Below the pieces are notes generated by a model. The model searched no databases and had not been told where the DNA came from. It saw only the letters and a list, made by a program, of their open reading frames with translations. A stretch of DNA of 62,880 nucleotides, filler included, from Collodictyon triciliatum (Eukaryota), in the NCBI GenBank assembly GCA_043381765.1. It is 18 parts of 18 records of this genome, joined end to end, with 100 filler letters (N's around TTAATTAATTAA, not from the genome) between each part and the next. Parts side by side here need not be neighbours in the genome. Positions count along the whole stretch, not along the records: positions 42,003 to 45,398 come from JBHJMP010007399.1; positions 45,499 to 48,895 come from JBHJMP010007400.1; positions 48,996 to 52,391 come from JBHJMP010007401.1; positions 52,492 to 55,891 come from JBHJMP010007402.1; 14 more parts are not named here. One strand, 5' to 3'. The position numbers and the translations under genes were made by a program. Below are positions 41,903 to 53,624 of this stretch, one piece after another; the first letter of the stretch is position 1, and the number at the start of each line of letters is the position of its first letter.

Positions 41903-42289
41903 NNNNNNNNNNNNNNNNNNNNNNNNNNNNNNNNNNNNNNNNNNNNTTAATTAATTAANNNNNNNNNNNNNNNNNNNNNNNNNNNNNNNNNNNNNNNNNN
42001 NNTTCCTGAATCACCTGCACGGATGCGTCTCTTTGTGCTAAGTCCGGCGTCGCTGCGGTTGGAGAGTGGCCGAAATTCTGCAATCAGAAACTGGAGAATG
42101 CACATTGGAAAATGGATTGTCGACACATTATTATGGGTTCTTCGGTGATGGAAAAGCTGAAAAAATGCTGAAGTGTTTTCTATTGTTGCAATTGATAATG
42201 GAGAAAATAAGAGACTCTTAATGATAATAATGGTTGTATTAATGGGATACTCACCTGAAGTCCTTCGCGTCTGCACATGGACGGGAATA

Positions 42290-43905
42290 TGCTGAGTCTC
42301 GTGTCCGCGATTCGACTTTGTTGCTCAATAAGCAGGATATTGGGCTTTGAATGTTCACATAACTGCACACATATCACTATTATACACAAGAGATTCAATT
42401 TTGCTCCTTTATGCATGAATATACCATTCTATATGAATTATAATAAAAAAACATCGACTAATGTATAGAGGAAAAAAACAAAGTGCTCAAAGTGAGAAAT
42501 GGACAATAAAATATCTGATTGCTTAAGACTTACGGTTTTCGTATTCGAGCATAGTGCAGAGCCCTTTGTGTCCGCAATTCGGCTTTGTTGCTCAATAAAC
42601 AGGGAATTGGACTTCGAATGTTCCCCATAACTGACACATAATGCTATATTTTCACAAGGGAAATTCAATTTTTGTGCTCTATGCATAAATAAACCTTCTA
42701 TATGAATTATAAAAAAAAGTTCATCGACTAATGTATAGAGGAAAAAAACAAAATGCTCGAAGTGAGAGATGGGAAATAGAATATCAGATTGCTTAAGACT
42801 TACAGTTTTCCTATCCGACATAGTGGAGAGCCTTTGCGAATTGTGTGTGCCCACGATTCGTTGCTCAGTAAACAGGGAATTGGGCTTCGATTTTCCCCAC
42901 AACTGACACACATTGCACTATTTACACAAGGGAATTCAATTTTTATGCTCTATGCATGAATAAGCCTTCTATACGGATTATGACAAAAACATCTACTAAG
43001 TGTGTGGAGTAAAAAAACAAAGTGCTCGAAGTGAAAGGCAAAATAGAATATCTGATTGCACAAAACTTACGGTTTTCGTATTCCGGCATAGTGGAGAGCC
43101 TTTGCGAATTGTGTTTGTCCGCGATTCGACTTTGTTGCTCAATAATCAGGGAATTAGGCTTCGAATTTTCCCCATATCTGACACAGAATGCACTATTTTC
43201 ACAAGAGATATTCAATTTTGATGCTCTATGCATGAATAAACCTTCTATGTGAATTATAATAAAAAAACATCCACTAAGTGTGTGGAGTAAAAAGACAAAA
43301 TGCTCGAAGTGAAGTGAAGATAAAAAAACATTTGATTGCACAAGACTTACGGTTTTCGTATTCTAGCAATATGTTGAGCCCTTGATGTCCGCGATTCAAC
43401 TTTGTTGCTCAATAAGCAGGGAATTGAGGCTTCGAATGTTCCACATAGCTGACACATATCGCACTATTTTGACAGGAGATATTCAATTTTGATGCTCTGT
43501 GCATGAATTTACCTTTCTTCCGTATTAATTATAATGTAGTTCATCGACTAGGTTTTTGCAAATGAAATCAAAGTGCTCGAATTAAAAAGCAAAGTAAAAC
43601 ATCTGATTGCTTAAGACTTACGGCTTTCGTATTCGGCATAGTGCAGAGCTTTAGCAGTATTTGTGTGTGAAGTAGACTCCGTTGCTCAATAAACAGGGAA
43701 TTGGGCTTCGAATGTTCCCCATATCTGGCACAGACCGCTCTATTTTGACAAGAGATATTCAATTTTTTCTTCTTTAAGCACGCATGAACTTCTTCCGTAC
43801 GAATTATGACAAAAAAACGTCAACTAAGTATGCTCTTGCTCAAAACAAAGTGCCAGTTGCAAAGCAAAAAAATATAATTTCTGGTTGTAGTTGGCTTACA
43901 GTTAC
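42290..43905. repeat. Tandem satellite: about 6 diverged units of ~270 bp
   Basis: The anchor (g/a)acttac(g/a)g recurs at ~42527, 42797, 43064, 43344, 43615 and 43894. TTGCTCA(A/G)TAA, GGGAATT..CTTCGA..TTCC and ATTCAATTTT recur in each unit. Confidence 0.92.
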
Positions 43906-45398
43906 CGTATTCCGGCATAGCGGAGAGCTTTTGAGGGTTGTGTGTGGAGCAGACTTCGTCGCAGTCCGGCATAGTGGAGAGCCTTGGCGGGTCTTGTGTG
44001 GAGCAGATTTCGTCACAGTCCGGCATAGTGGAGAGCCTTCGAGGGTTGTGTGTGCGAAGCAGACTGCGTCGTATTCCGGCATAGTGGAGAGCCTTCGAGG
44101 GTTGTGTGTGCGAAGCAGACTGCGTCGTATTCCGGCATAGTGGAGAGCCTTCGAGGGTATGTGGGTCTTGTGTGGAGCAGACTTCGTCACATCCCGGCAT
44201 AGTGGAGAGCCTCTGTGGGTCTTGCGTGTGTGAAGCAGACTTCGTCGTATTCCGGCATAGTGGAGAGCCTCTGTGGGTCTTGCGTGTGTAAAGCAGATTT
44301 CATCGTAATCCGGCATAATGGAGAGTCTTTGCGGGTTGTGTGTCTTGTGAAGCAGACTGCGTCGTATTCGGGCATAGCGGAGAGCCTTTGAGGGTTGTGT
44401 GTAAAGCAGATTTCATCGTAATCCGGCATAATGGAGAGTCTTTGCGGATTGTGTGTCTTGTGAAGCAGACTGCGTCGTATTCCAGCATAGTGGAGAGCCT
44501 CTGTGTGTGCGTGTGTGAAGCAGACTGCGTCGTATTCCGGCATAGTGGAGAACCTTCGAGGGTTGTGTGCGTGAAGCAGACTGCGTCGTATCCCGACATA
44601 GTGGAGAGCCTCTGCGTGTTCTTAGTGTGAAGCAGACTTCGTCACATCCCGGCATAGTGGAGAGCCTCTGTGGGTCTTGCGTGTGTGAAGCAGACTTCGT
44701 CGTATTCCGGCATAGTGGAGGGCCTTCGAGGGTTGTGGGTCTTGTGTGTGAAGCAGACTGCGTCGTATTCCGGCATAGTAGAGAGCCTTCGAGGGTTGTG
44801 TGAAGCAGACTGCGTCGTATTCCGGCATGGTGGAGAGCCTTCGAGAGTTGTGTGTGCGTGGAGCAGACTGCGTCACATCCGGCATAGTGGAGAGCCTTCG
44901 AGGGTTGTGTGCAAAGCAGACTGCGTCGTATTCCGGCATGGTGGAGAGCCTTCGAGGGTTGTGTGAAGCAGACTGCGTCGTATTCCGGCATGGTGGAGAG
45001 TCTTTGCGGGTTGTGTGTCTTGTGAAGCAGACTGCGTCGTATTCGGGCATAGCGGAGAGCCTTTGACGGTTGTGTGTAAAGCAGATTTCATCGTAATCCG
45101 GCATAATGGAGAGTCTTTGCGGATTGTGTGTCTTGTGAAGCAGACTGCGTCGTATTCCGGCATAGCGGAGAGCCTTTGTGATTGTGTGTGAAGCAGACTG
45201 CGTCGTATTCCGGCATGGTGGAGAGCCTTTGAGGGTTGTGTGTAAAGCAGACTGCGTCGTATTCCGGCATGGTGGAGAGTCTTTGCGGGTTGTGTGTCTT
45301 GTGAAGCAGACTGCGTCGTATTCCGGCATAGTAGAGAGCCTTCGAGGGTTGTGTGAAGCAGACTGCGTCGTATTCCGGCATGGTGGAGAGCCTTCGAG
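43906..45398. repeat. Minisatellite: about 27 units of 51-63 bp, running into the contig end
   Basis: Conserved core GAAGCAGACTGCGTCGTATTCCGGCATAGTGGAGAGCCT, separated by TG-rich linkers of variable length. Confidence 0.95.
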
Positions 45399-45694
45399 NN
45401 NNNNNNNNNNNNNNNNNNNNNNNNNNNNNNNNNNNNNNNNNNTTAATTAATTAANNNNNNNNNNNNNNNNNNNNNNNNNNNNNNNNNNNNNNNNNNNNTT
45501 TATTCTTTTATTCTTTTATTCTTTTATTCTTTTATTCTTTTATTCTTTTATTCTTTTATTCTTTTATTCTTTTATTCTTTTATTCTTTTATTCTTTTATT
45601 CACTCTCTCACTCCCTTGTCCTTTCTTTCTTTTTTTTTTCCCCCACGTTTTTCTTGAGTTTCAAAATAGCATCATTATATTCCTCGATACCGTA

Positions 45695-48555
45695 GTGGCC
45701 AAAACGGTGGCCCAGACCTTTGAAATCCTCCCCATGAATGCGGACTGTCCAGCACAACGCACAAAGAGAGGATTCAGTGAAGAAGAACGAAGGGCGGTTG
45801 AAACTATCCAAAAGGTTGCTCTCGCACAGCAACAAGCCTTTTTGCAGCAAGCACAAGCACAACAGGTTAGTAAGCTGTATAAATTATGACCCTATTTTCC
45901 CTCAATATCGGACGATCTCTGTGTAGCTTTCTATTTTACTACGAACGTTTTTCAGAAAAACTCAGAATTGCTCGAATAGTACGTACTAAAGAACATAGGC
46001 ATAATTTACTATTTATCTGTCCATGTATCGGCATATAGATGCAGCTTCTTCCCAATCCAATTACCTTTCCACAGCCAACTGTTTCGCGTATGTGGGCCTC
46101 GAACATTGACCCGTCACTGACAGACGCGGACATCATCAAAGTCTTTAGTGCATACGGAAGTGTCATCTCAATCAACATGCAGAAAGTAACCACCCAACCG
46201 CCATCTATTTTGTCATGACCTTCGTGCTTTATAATGACTTTTGGTTGAATGGTGCTGCATGTATGAACCAGTTAATTTTAACAGTATATGTTCTTCCTTC
46301 TTTTTTTCCAGAGTGTAAATAATTTCATTTTTTCTTGTATTTATTTTTTTATTTTGTTTGAATAAACCAGGAGCTCGATTCGACATCAGGCCGGACTGTA
46401 TTCGTTGATTATGCTCTGAGTGCACAAGCTGACATTGCAATAAATAGTATGAACAACCATATGCTTGGTGGCAGGTTTTCCTTCTTTCTGATATTTGTTT
46501 CCTCTATGTATTCGATTTAAATTTTCTGATTTTATATGAAAACTTCCGAATGTTTCACAAATAAGCGAATTTTGTCAATTGTGAAGAGGAAAACACAAAT
46601 AAATACTTGAATTGGATAATATATCAAATATGTAGAGTCAAATTCAATATTTTGCGATCAGGATAATAAAAACAGGTCGCCCTCTTGCATCTACTACGCC
46701 TATAGTTGCACCATCTTTGATTCCAGGTTCAAATAAATGGCCAATTACGTATTACTACTTACTATTTTCTGATTCATAAAAATAAAGTATTTCAATATAA
46801 CCTCATTGATTTGTTTGTCCCAAAGGAATTTTAAATAAAAAAGAAAATACTTATTCGACCTTCTTATAATGGATAACCCCTTAATGCATCCTGCATCCAA
46901 ACAGGCCCAACTCCCTTTCTCCAGTCATTGGTGGCTGGAGCTATCAACCCAGTCCAACCAATAATTGGTAGCAGTGTTGGGATTCCTTCTATCAACATTG
47001 GCGGGGTAATGCCTGCATTTGCTTCTGCTACAGCCGTGGCTGCTGCTGCCGCTGCAAAGGCTGCCGCCACTGCCGCTTCGAAAAACCGTATTTATGTTGG
47101 CTCCATTCACTGGGATATCACAGAGGAAGCTGTGTCGAAGCTATTTGCAAATTTTGGCCAGATTCGGTCCTGTCATTTACTGGTAAGAGGTTGAACATAA
47201 TTGTATGGCCACTGGGTTGTTTGATATGTCATCGTAATAGTAAAAACTTGTTTGCAGCCGAATCCAGAGACGGGAAAGCACAAAGGCTACGGGTATGATT
47301 TTTAAACTATTGTGTTATACGAATGTAATTTCAATTATATTTTTTGGCTTTGCTCTATCATCAGCATATTGAGTCTGATAGTTATTTTATCTATAATTCC
47401 TATTGCGTACATAATCTTCTCTCTTTTTCCCTTCCCGATACTTTTTTTTTAATCATACAGTTTCATCGAGTTTGAAGATGTATCCGCAGCCGAGTTAGCC
47501 GTTGCTCAAATGAACGGGACGATATTGGGTGGTAGACAAATGAAGGTTCATATAGATATTCAACTTTCTCATGATCTGCATCTTCATTCAAATTCAATAT
47601 ATATATTTATCAAAGAAAAAAAAACGAGTTCACTAAATTTGCATAAATTACCTTCTTTCTTCTTTTTTCTTTTTCTTGGAATAATTTTTCTTAAACAAGT
47701 GGCGTTCGACAAAATACCGCTAGGTGAGCTGGGCCTCTGCAGGTGCGGGTATAACTCAACCATTGCCTGGGGTTCCTGTTGGCATTCCGACTGCACTTAA
47801 TCCGGCTGTGATGGTTGGTGGGGCACTGGCTGGTGGCATCGAGGCAGTAAAGCGCAAACCTGAAGAATCGCTTAGCCATGAAGAAAATATGACGATATCC
47901 GGGGACCAGCGCTTTCTTATTATGCAGAAACTGTTTCGTTCCGATGGACAGGTCGGTGTCTGAGTCGTTTCACGTTCCTTTTTATACATCCTCAGTCCCT
48001 CTTCTGTTTCATAAACCACGGACATGAATTCATCATCATATGAGTTGTAGAATAATGCCGCGAAAAAAGATAACTGTATTTGAACCGTCCTAAATATGAA
48101 AACACCTCACTTTATATAAATAATCCATTCTACAAATACCCTTTCTTCAGTCTGTATCTCGTTGCATTGTAATGCGGAATATGGTCGGGCCGGAAGATGT
48201 AGATGATTCACTCGAGGATGAGGTCGAGACTGAATGCAAAAAGTATGGTGCCGTGGAGAAGGTCGTGATTTTCAAGTCAGACATCGTCAAGATTTTCGTC
48301 ATGTTCCAAAATCCGAACGGTACTTGATGAACACTTTAATTTATCCTTCTATATCTTTCGACGCTCATGTTTCTATCAAAGTCAAACTGGGCTGATGTAT
48401 TATCTCTTCTCTCTTATCGTATTTTCGTTGTTTTGCCCGCCACAGGAGCTACTGCGGCACGAGACAAAATCAATGGGAGATACTTTGGAGGTCGCATAGT
48501 TAAAGTGGAGTTCTATGACGAGTCTCGGTTCCGTGCCCGTGACTTTTCGGGATGA
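45695..48555 (+). CDS. PUF60: Poly(U)-binding splicing factor PUF60/half-pint homolog (RRM, RRM, UHM); about 11 exons, 5' end probably off-contig
   Basis: [145 protein letters not shown]. Confidence 0.93.
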
Positions 48556-48995
48556 GGCGGGCTCGTAGTCACCTTATAAAAAAAAAAAACTGAACAACAG
48601 TCGCATTAGTGTTTCGTGCGTGAAATGTGCTGTTGGGCAAACAATAACCATATATTCCAGAAAAAAATGACGTTAATCCTTTGTGGAAATTATATTACAA
48701 ACTTTTCGAACAAGTCTTGCAGCCGAACACCCACCATCTCACAGCCCTCACTGCCACCGAGACAAAGTATGATTGATAACAGTTTCATTATCTTAGAGGA
48801 TAAGTGTTCTTAGGCGTTTTTTTTCTTTTGTTTATTTGTTTCTTTTCTTTTCATTTCTCTTTTTTTGTTCATTTATTTTTTTTTTTTAAAAAAAANNNNN
48901 NNNNNNNNNNNNNNNNNNNNNNNNNNNNNNNNNNNNNNNTTAATTAATTAANNNNNNNNNNNNNNNNNNNNNNNNNNNNNNNNNNNNNNNNNNNN

Positions 48996-49099
<104 letters not shown>

Positions 49100-49194
49100 A
49101 ACAAAAAAAAAAGAAACAAAAAAAAAGAAACAAAAAAAAAGAAACAAAAAAAAAGCACACAACATCTGTAATTTTCATGAATATTTAATTTTAA

Positions 49195-52100
49195 GGTGAG
49201 GGGAAAACATGGTTCCTAATTCAAACTGCAATCGAGCTATCACAGCTCCCCGAAACAAAAGTTATTTCTTACTTCCACCATCGCACATGGGGAGGAAACA
49301 CGCTCAGCAGGTACATTAACCATCTCCCCTTTCTGGTCAGTTTTGTAATTCTTTCTCTTCATATTATCGTATTCTTTTAAAGCCAAATAAACAAGAGCAA
49401 ATTCATCCAGCATGTTCCAGTACTTAAGTTCTGAGGTGGACTTTGATGTAATGCCAGAAGCCAGCGAAGACCCTTTAGGTAATTAATCTATTTATGGAGT
49501 TTATTTGGTGCCCAAATGGGCCTCCTGCCGCTTCTCGTTGACGTTCATATGTCGTATGCGCACCGCACATTTTGAAAGCAATTCTTTTTTTTTTCAGTAA
49601 CTACCTTTTTGTTTAGAATCTAAAAAAATAATTTTAAATCGCCCTTAACCCGCTGACAAAAATAAAATAAAATAAAAATAAATAGCCGATAGGATTGCCA
49701 TCGACTGCATGAGCAAAATAGTGCATCGCCTTCAAAATCATTCATCGTAGGGTCATGCATATACGAAATACCAAAAGACGATAAAAAAAAAACACTTGAC
49801 TATTATTATCATCCAATCACCCCGATGTCCCTGCTAATTTTTTTCATTTCCTATCATAGTTGTCATCATGTTATCATTATCGATGGGATTGAGGATTTTT
49901 CTACATGTGACTTATCCCTGAACCCTCAGAAACTCGACTGGATTCCATCTGATATACCAATGAACATTCAAATAGTCATTTCAACGAGGACTGGTTGTGA
50001 CAGCTTCAAGGTGAAGATTTTCATATTTATTTTCGTAAAAGGATGCAAATCACTTAGCATTCCAATTTTAGACTCTTTCTTTAATCTTGTAATCACCCCA
50101 ATTATTGCTATTGGCGTTAATGAATAATGTTAAATCAGTATGGAAGAAAACGCAAATGGCTCACTGTTGATCTGGATGGACTCACTTTTAATGAAAAAGA
50201 AATATTCGTTAAATCAAATTTTTCTGACTCCTCAACCACCGAAAAGAAACAGCAAACGATTGATTGGTTATGTCAGACCTCTACTAGTGAGCATAAAAAA
50301 TTTTAATTATGTGTCTCAAGATAATTTGAATAACTATCTTTGACACTTTGGAATACGCAATTTCATGTAAATACTAAGAATTTATAATTTTTTTGGTTTC
50401 GTTTGATGTGAATCGTTCTGATATTTCCCATTTTCTTCGATGAAATACACAGCAAATCCGTTAAACCTTGACCTTTTGATCTCCTGCGTAAAGCTGCTAA
50501 AAGATCAAAACCAAGACCTTCGTATAGATGAGAGAATAAATAGTAATGAGGGCAAGTCCATCGTAGCGGTTCTGATACACACTTGGAAGAGGCTTTTTGG
50601 TATCGTTAATAATTGAATATAATTTTTTTCATCCCTTCACCAGTCCAAGTATTACATTTTTTTTAAAAGAAAAGAAACTACATAAAACTGAACCACAACA
50701 TGATGTAGATGGATAGTTTTACATACCCATGATTCCATATGCAATTTCATAACCTCCACACGACTTAGGAGAGGCCTTGGTCAATATCACTTTGCAATAT
50801 TTTTCGGTATCTTCTATCGGACTTACAAGACTAGAACTGTTCAGCTTCTTAGATCGGCAGAGTCATGTTCCAAAAAATGCTTCATGGTAGATACACAGTT
50901 CAAACTGTAGACCATTTTGACACTTTGATATTCTGATTAAATATTTTTCTGTCATCCATTTCTTTTCAATAATAAACATTACATGCTCATCCGAAGAAAC
51001 TCTTTATTGTACAATATTTCTTCAGACTGAATAATTTATTTTTTTTTAAAAAAAATAGGGACATTTTCTTTCACGAACTTCAAAGCTTTCTCCTTCTCAA
51101 AAATAACAGGTGCACAATTTAATATTTGCTCGTCATAGTCTACTGTTCATTTCATTTAAAACACCAAATATGGCACGCAGATATCATTTCAGACATCCTC
51201 AGTTGTCAGAGTATATATCGAGCTCGGTGATTGACACCAAAGAAGTTATGGAGATGAGCATGGACTCATACGCCATAGATCTCATATCTCTTTATCCCGA
51301 TGCAAGAAAACGAACAGATATCATCACTATTGAAATCTGTCGTATTTTTCGACAGCGCCAAGAGCCACACATGCTGAAAAATATAATATGCGATCCACAG
51401 GTCTGATTTACACAGTAATTCATTGCAGTAGTTTCTTTTTGTTCTAATCATATGATTATTTTTTCTTTTCATTCTTTGACCCATAATTTTCTTTTACGTA
51501 CCATCTTCCGCTTGATTAAAACGAGATATAAGAACATTTGGAGAATAATACATAGATACCGAAGAAAAATTATTTTTCTTAGACCATTTTCACATTTCTC
51601 TGTACAGTCGGTCGTCCATTTTCTAGACGAAGGCGGTGATAGAGCTGAATTCCGAACCAACTGGAACTACCTAACCCAACAAGGATTCACTTTGAATGAA
51701 GCGTACGGCCAGGCTATGGCAGATCAAGTATGACAGTCGCATCGCAATATATAGAAGTCAATCTCTCCAAATACAGTCTTTTACCCCACGGTTCATGTCA
51801 CTGCTTTCAATGAGGCCGCATATCTATATCTAAATCCTTACATTTTCTTATTTCCATCTTCGTACTAGCCGAATTCCATGTTTACATCGCTCTTAAGCAA
51901 GTTCTTTGACGAAATAAGTGAACTTGGTTTGTACGATAGATCTGCATTTGCCAACATTAATCGTATAATCGACGAAGGTGGGAAATATCTTATAAAATAC
52001 CGCACTTTGATATATTTTGCAATTAGGCGAATTTCAAAAATTGTATAAAGTCGCTCTGTAACACAATCTAATGTTGCTAACATATATCAGATATGAGTAT

Positions 52101-52250
52101 GTCTTCGAGCTTTCGCAGCACAAGTTACCGTAGCTACCATGATGATAATCCTATGACAGCGTCTTCGGATTCGTCATCTTCTTTGTTTCCAGAGTTAAAG
52201 AGGTTCGAAGAAATCGCAACCCCTCCCATATTTTTCATTTCCTTCAGACA
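49195..52250 (+). CDS. NACHT-like P-loop NTPase (TEP1/NWD/NPHP3-type); internal exons only
   Basis: Walker A end GEGKT; Walker B VIIIDGIE followed by LDWIPSDIPMNIQIVISTR; NPLNL in place of the GxP motif; winged-helix YHFRHPQLSEYI. Confidence 0.7.
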
Positions 52251-52311
52251 TATTTGCATACAAAAGGGGCTTCTCTATTTTTTTCCCTTGGTTTTGATTT
52301 TACGCTGTTAT

Positions 52312-52391
<80 letters not shown>

Positions 52392-52491
52392 NNNNNNNNN
52401 NNNNNNNNNNNNNNNNNNNNNNNNNNNNNNNNNNNTTAATTAATTAANNNNNNNNNNNNNNNNNNNNNNNNNNNNNNNNNNNNNNNNNNNN

Positions 52492-52611
<120 letters not shown>

Positions 52612-52623
52612 GTTAGAAAGAAC

Positions 52624-52948
52624 CTTCAGGCCAAGGACAACGAGAGGTTTCAAGAGTTCGTCCAGCCGATCGACCGACCACCTTGGAAAAGGGAAGAGAG
52701 TCAGGGAAACGGAAGCGTTTGGTGCCCAGGAAGTTACTCGCAGAGAGAAAGAGGCATACAAACCGAAACTGATGCGGAAGCGAAGGGATTTCCTGCTTCT
52801 GATTTGCACCGTCCACAATAAAGATGGGATACACAAGATTACTCGGTTGCACTGCGCTTGCGTCTTCGAGCCAAGAACGAAGGGTGGCGTGCGAGATTGA
52901 TGAGTGGAGCTGGTGGCTCGCGGGAGGTTGGAAGATTCCGTCGCTCAT
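52624..52948 (-). CDS. ALAD: Delta-aminolevulinate dehydratase (porphobilinogen synthase), first two exons (52948-52764, 52681-52624)
   Basis: HQLHSSISHATLRSWL..PSNLVYPIFIVD..QEIPSLPHQFR|WSVDRLDELLKPLVVLGLK matches the animal/fungal-type ALAD (HEM2) N-terminus. Confidence 0.92.
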
Positions 52949-53145
52949 ACTCGTCTCCGCTGTTCTATTGTTTTGTTTTTTGTTTTTTGTTTTTTGTTCT
53001 ACTGTTTTGTTTTTTTTGTATTTTTTTGTTTTTTGATTTATGTTTTTTTGTTTTTTGATTTATGTTTTTTGTTGCTTGTTTTAGGTTCTATTTTTTTCTG
53101 TTTTGTTTTGTATTTTTGTTTTTTGTTTTTTGTTTTTTTTTATTC

Positions 53146-53425
53146 TAAAAACCTTAGCTGTTGAGCCCGTCTCAACAATCGTTCATTCTACCATCAGGCA
53201 AGTAGTTCCAAAGTAGGCGGTGATGTAAGGGAGATAGAAAAACAGGGATAAAGGGAAAAAAAGGGAAAAGAGAGGTGTCCTTGAGACTTGATAAGAGACG
53301 CATGGATTTCTTTTGGGGACGCGTGATAGTGTCCCACGAGTATGAGAAAGAAAAAAAAGGGACGGGTGATATTGATTGGATGGAGGAGGGGGAATACTGC
53401 TTTGATGGCGCAAGGTGTCGAAAAG
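53146..53425 (-). mobile_element. Interspersed repeat family B, copy 3, followed on the minus strand by a long A-rich tract (~52965-53145)
   Basis: AGCTGTTGAGCCCGTCTCAACAATC is identical to 37716-37740, and further blocks are collinear with copies 1 and 2. Confidence 0.82.
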
Positions 53426-53624
53426 GATGGTGAAAAGAGAAGTGAGGTTCGTTTGATAAGCACTAGGTCGAGTGCAAAGAGGACTTCTCTGCATGGTTGA
53501 CTCACCTCCTTACAGACCGTATTAGGGTCTTTTCAGTAGGGGTTGTCGAAGGGATTTCTCCCTCTTGCTTGCAAAATCTACCTGTGGCTATAAGCTTCCA
53601 CTCAAGGACAGCACAAGATAACTC

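Noticed and set aside
43906-45398. CRISPR-like array (conserved ~40-bp repeat with variable spacers)
   Set aside because: The linkers are only about 11-23 nt, TG-rich and related to each other. The repeats vary internally, there are no cas genes, and the context is eukaryotic. It is a minisatellite.
43784-45450. Many overlapping ORFs across the tandem array as a repetitive protein
   Set aside because: Unit lengths are not multiples of three and ORFs appear in all frames on both strands, which is a repeat artefact.
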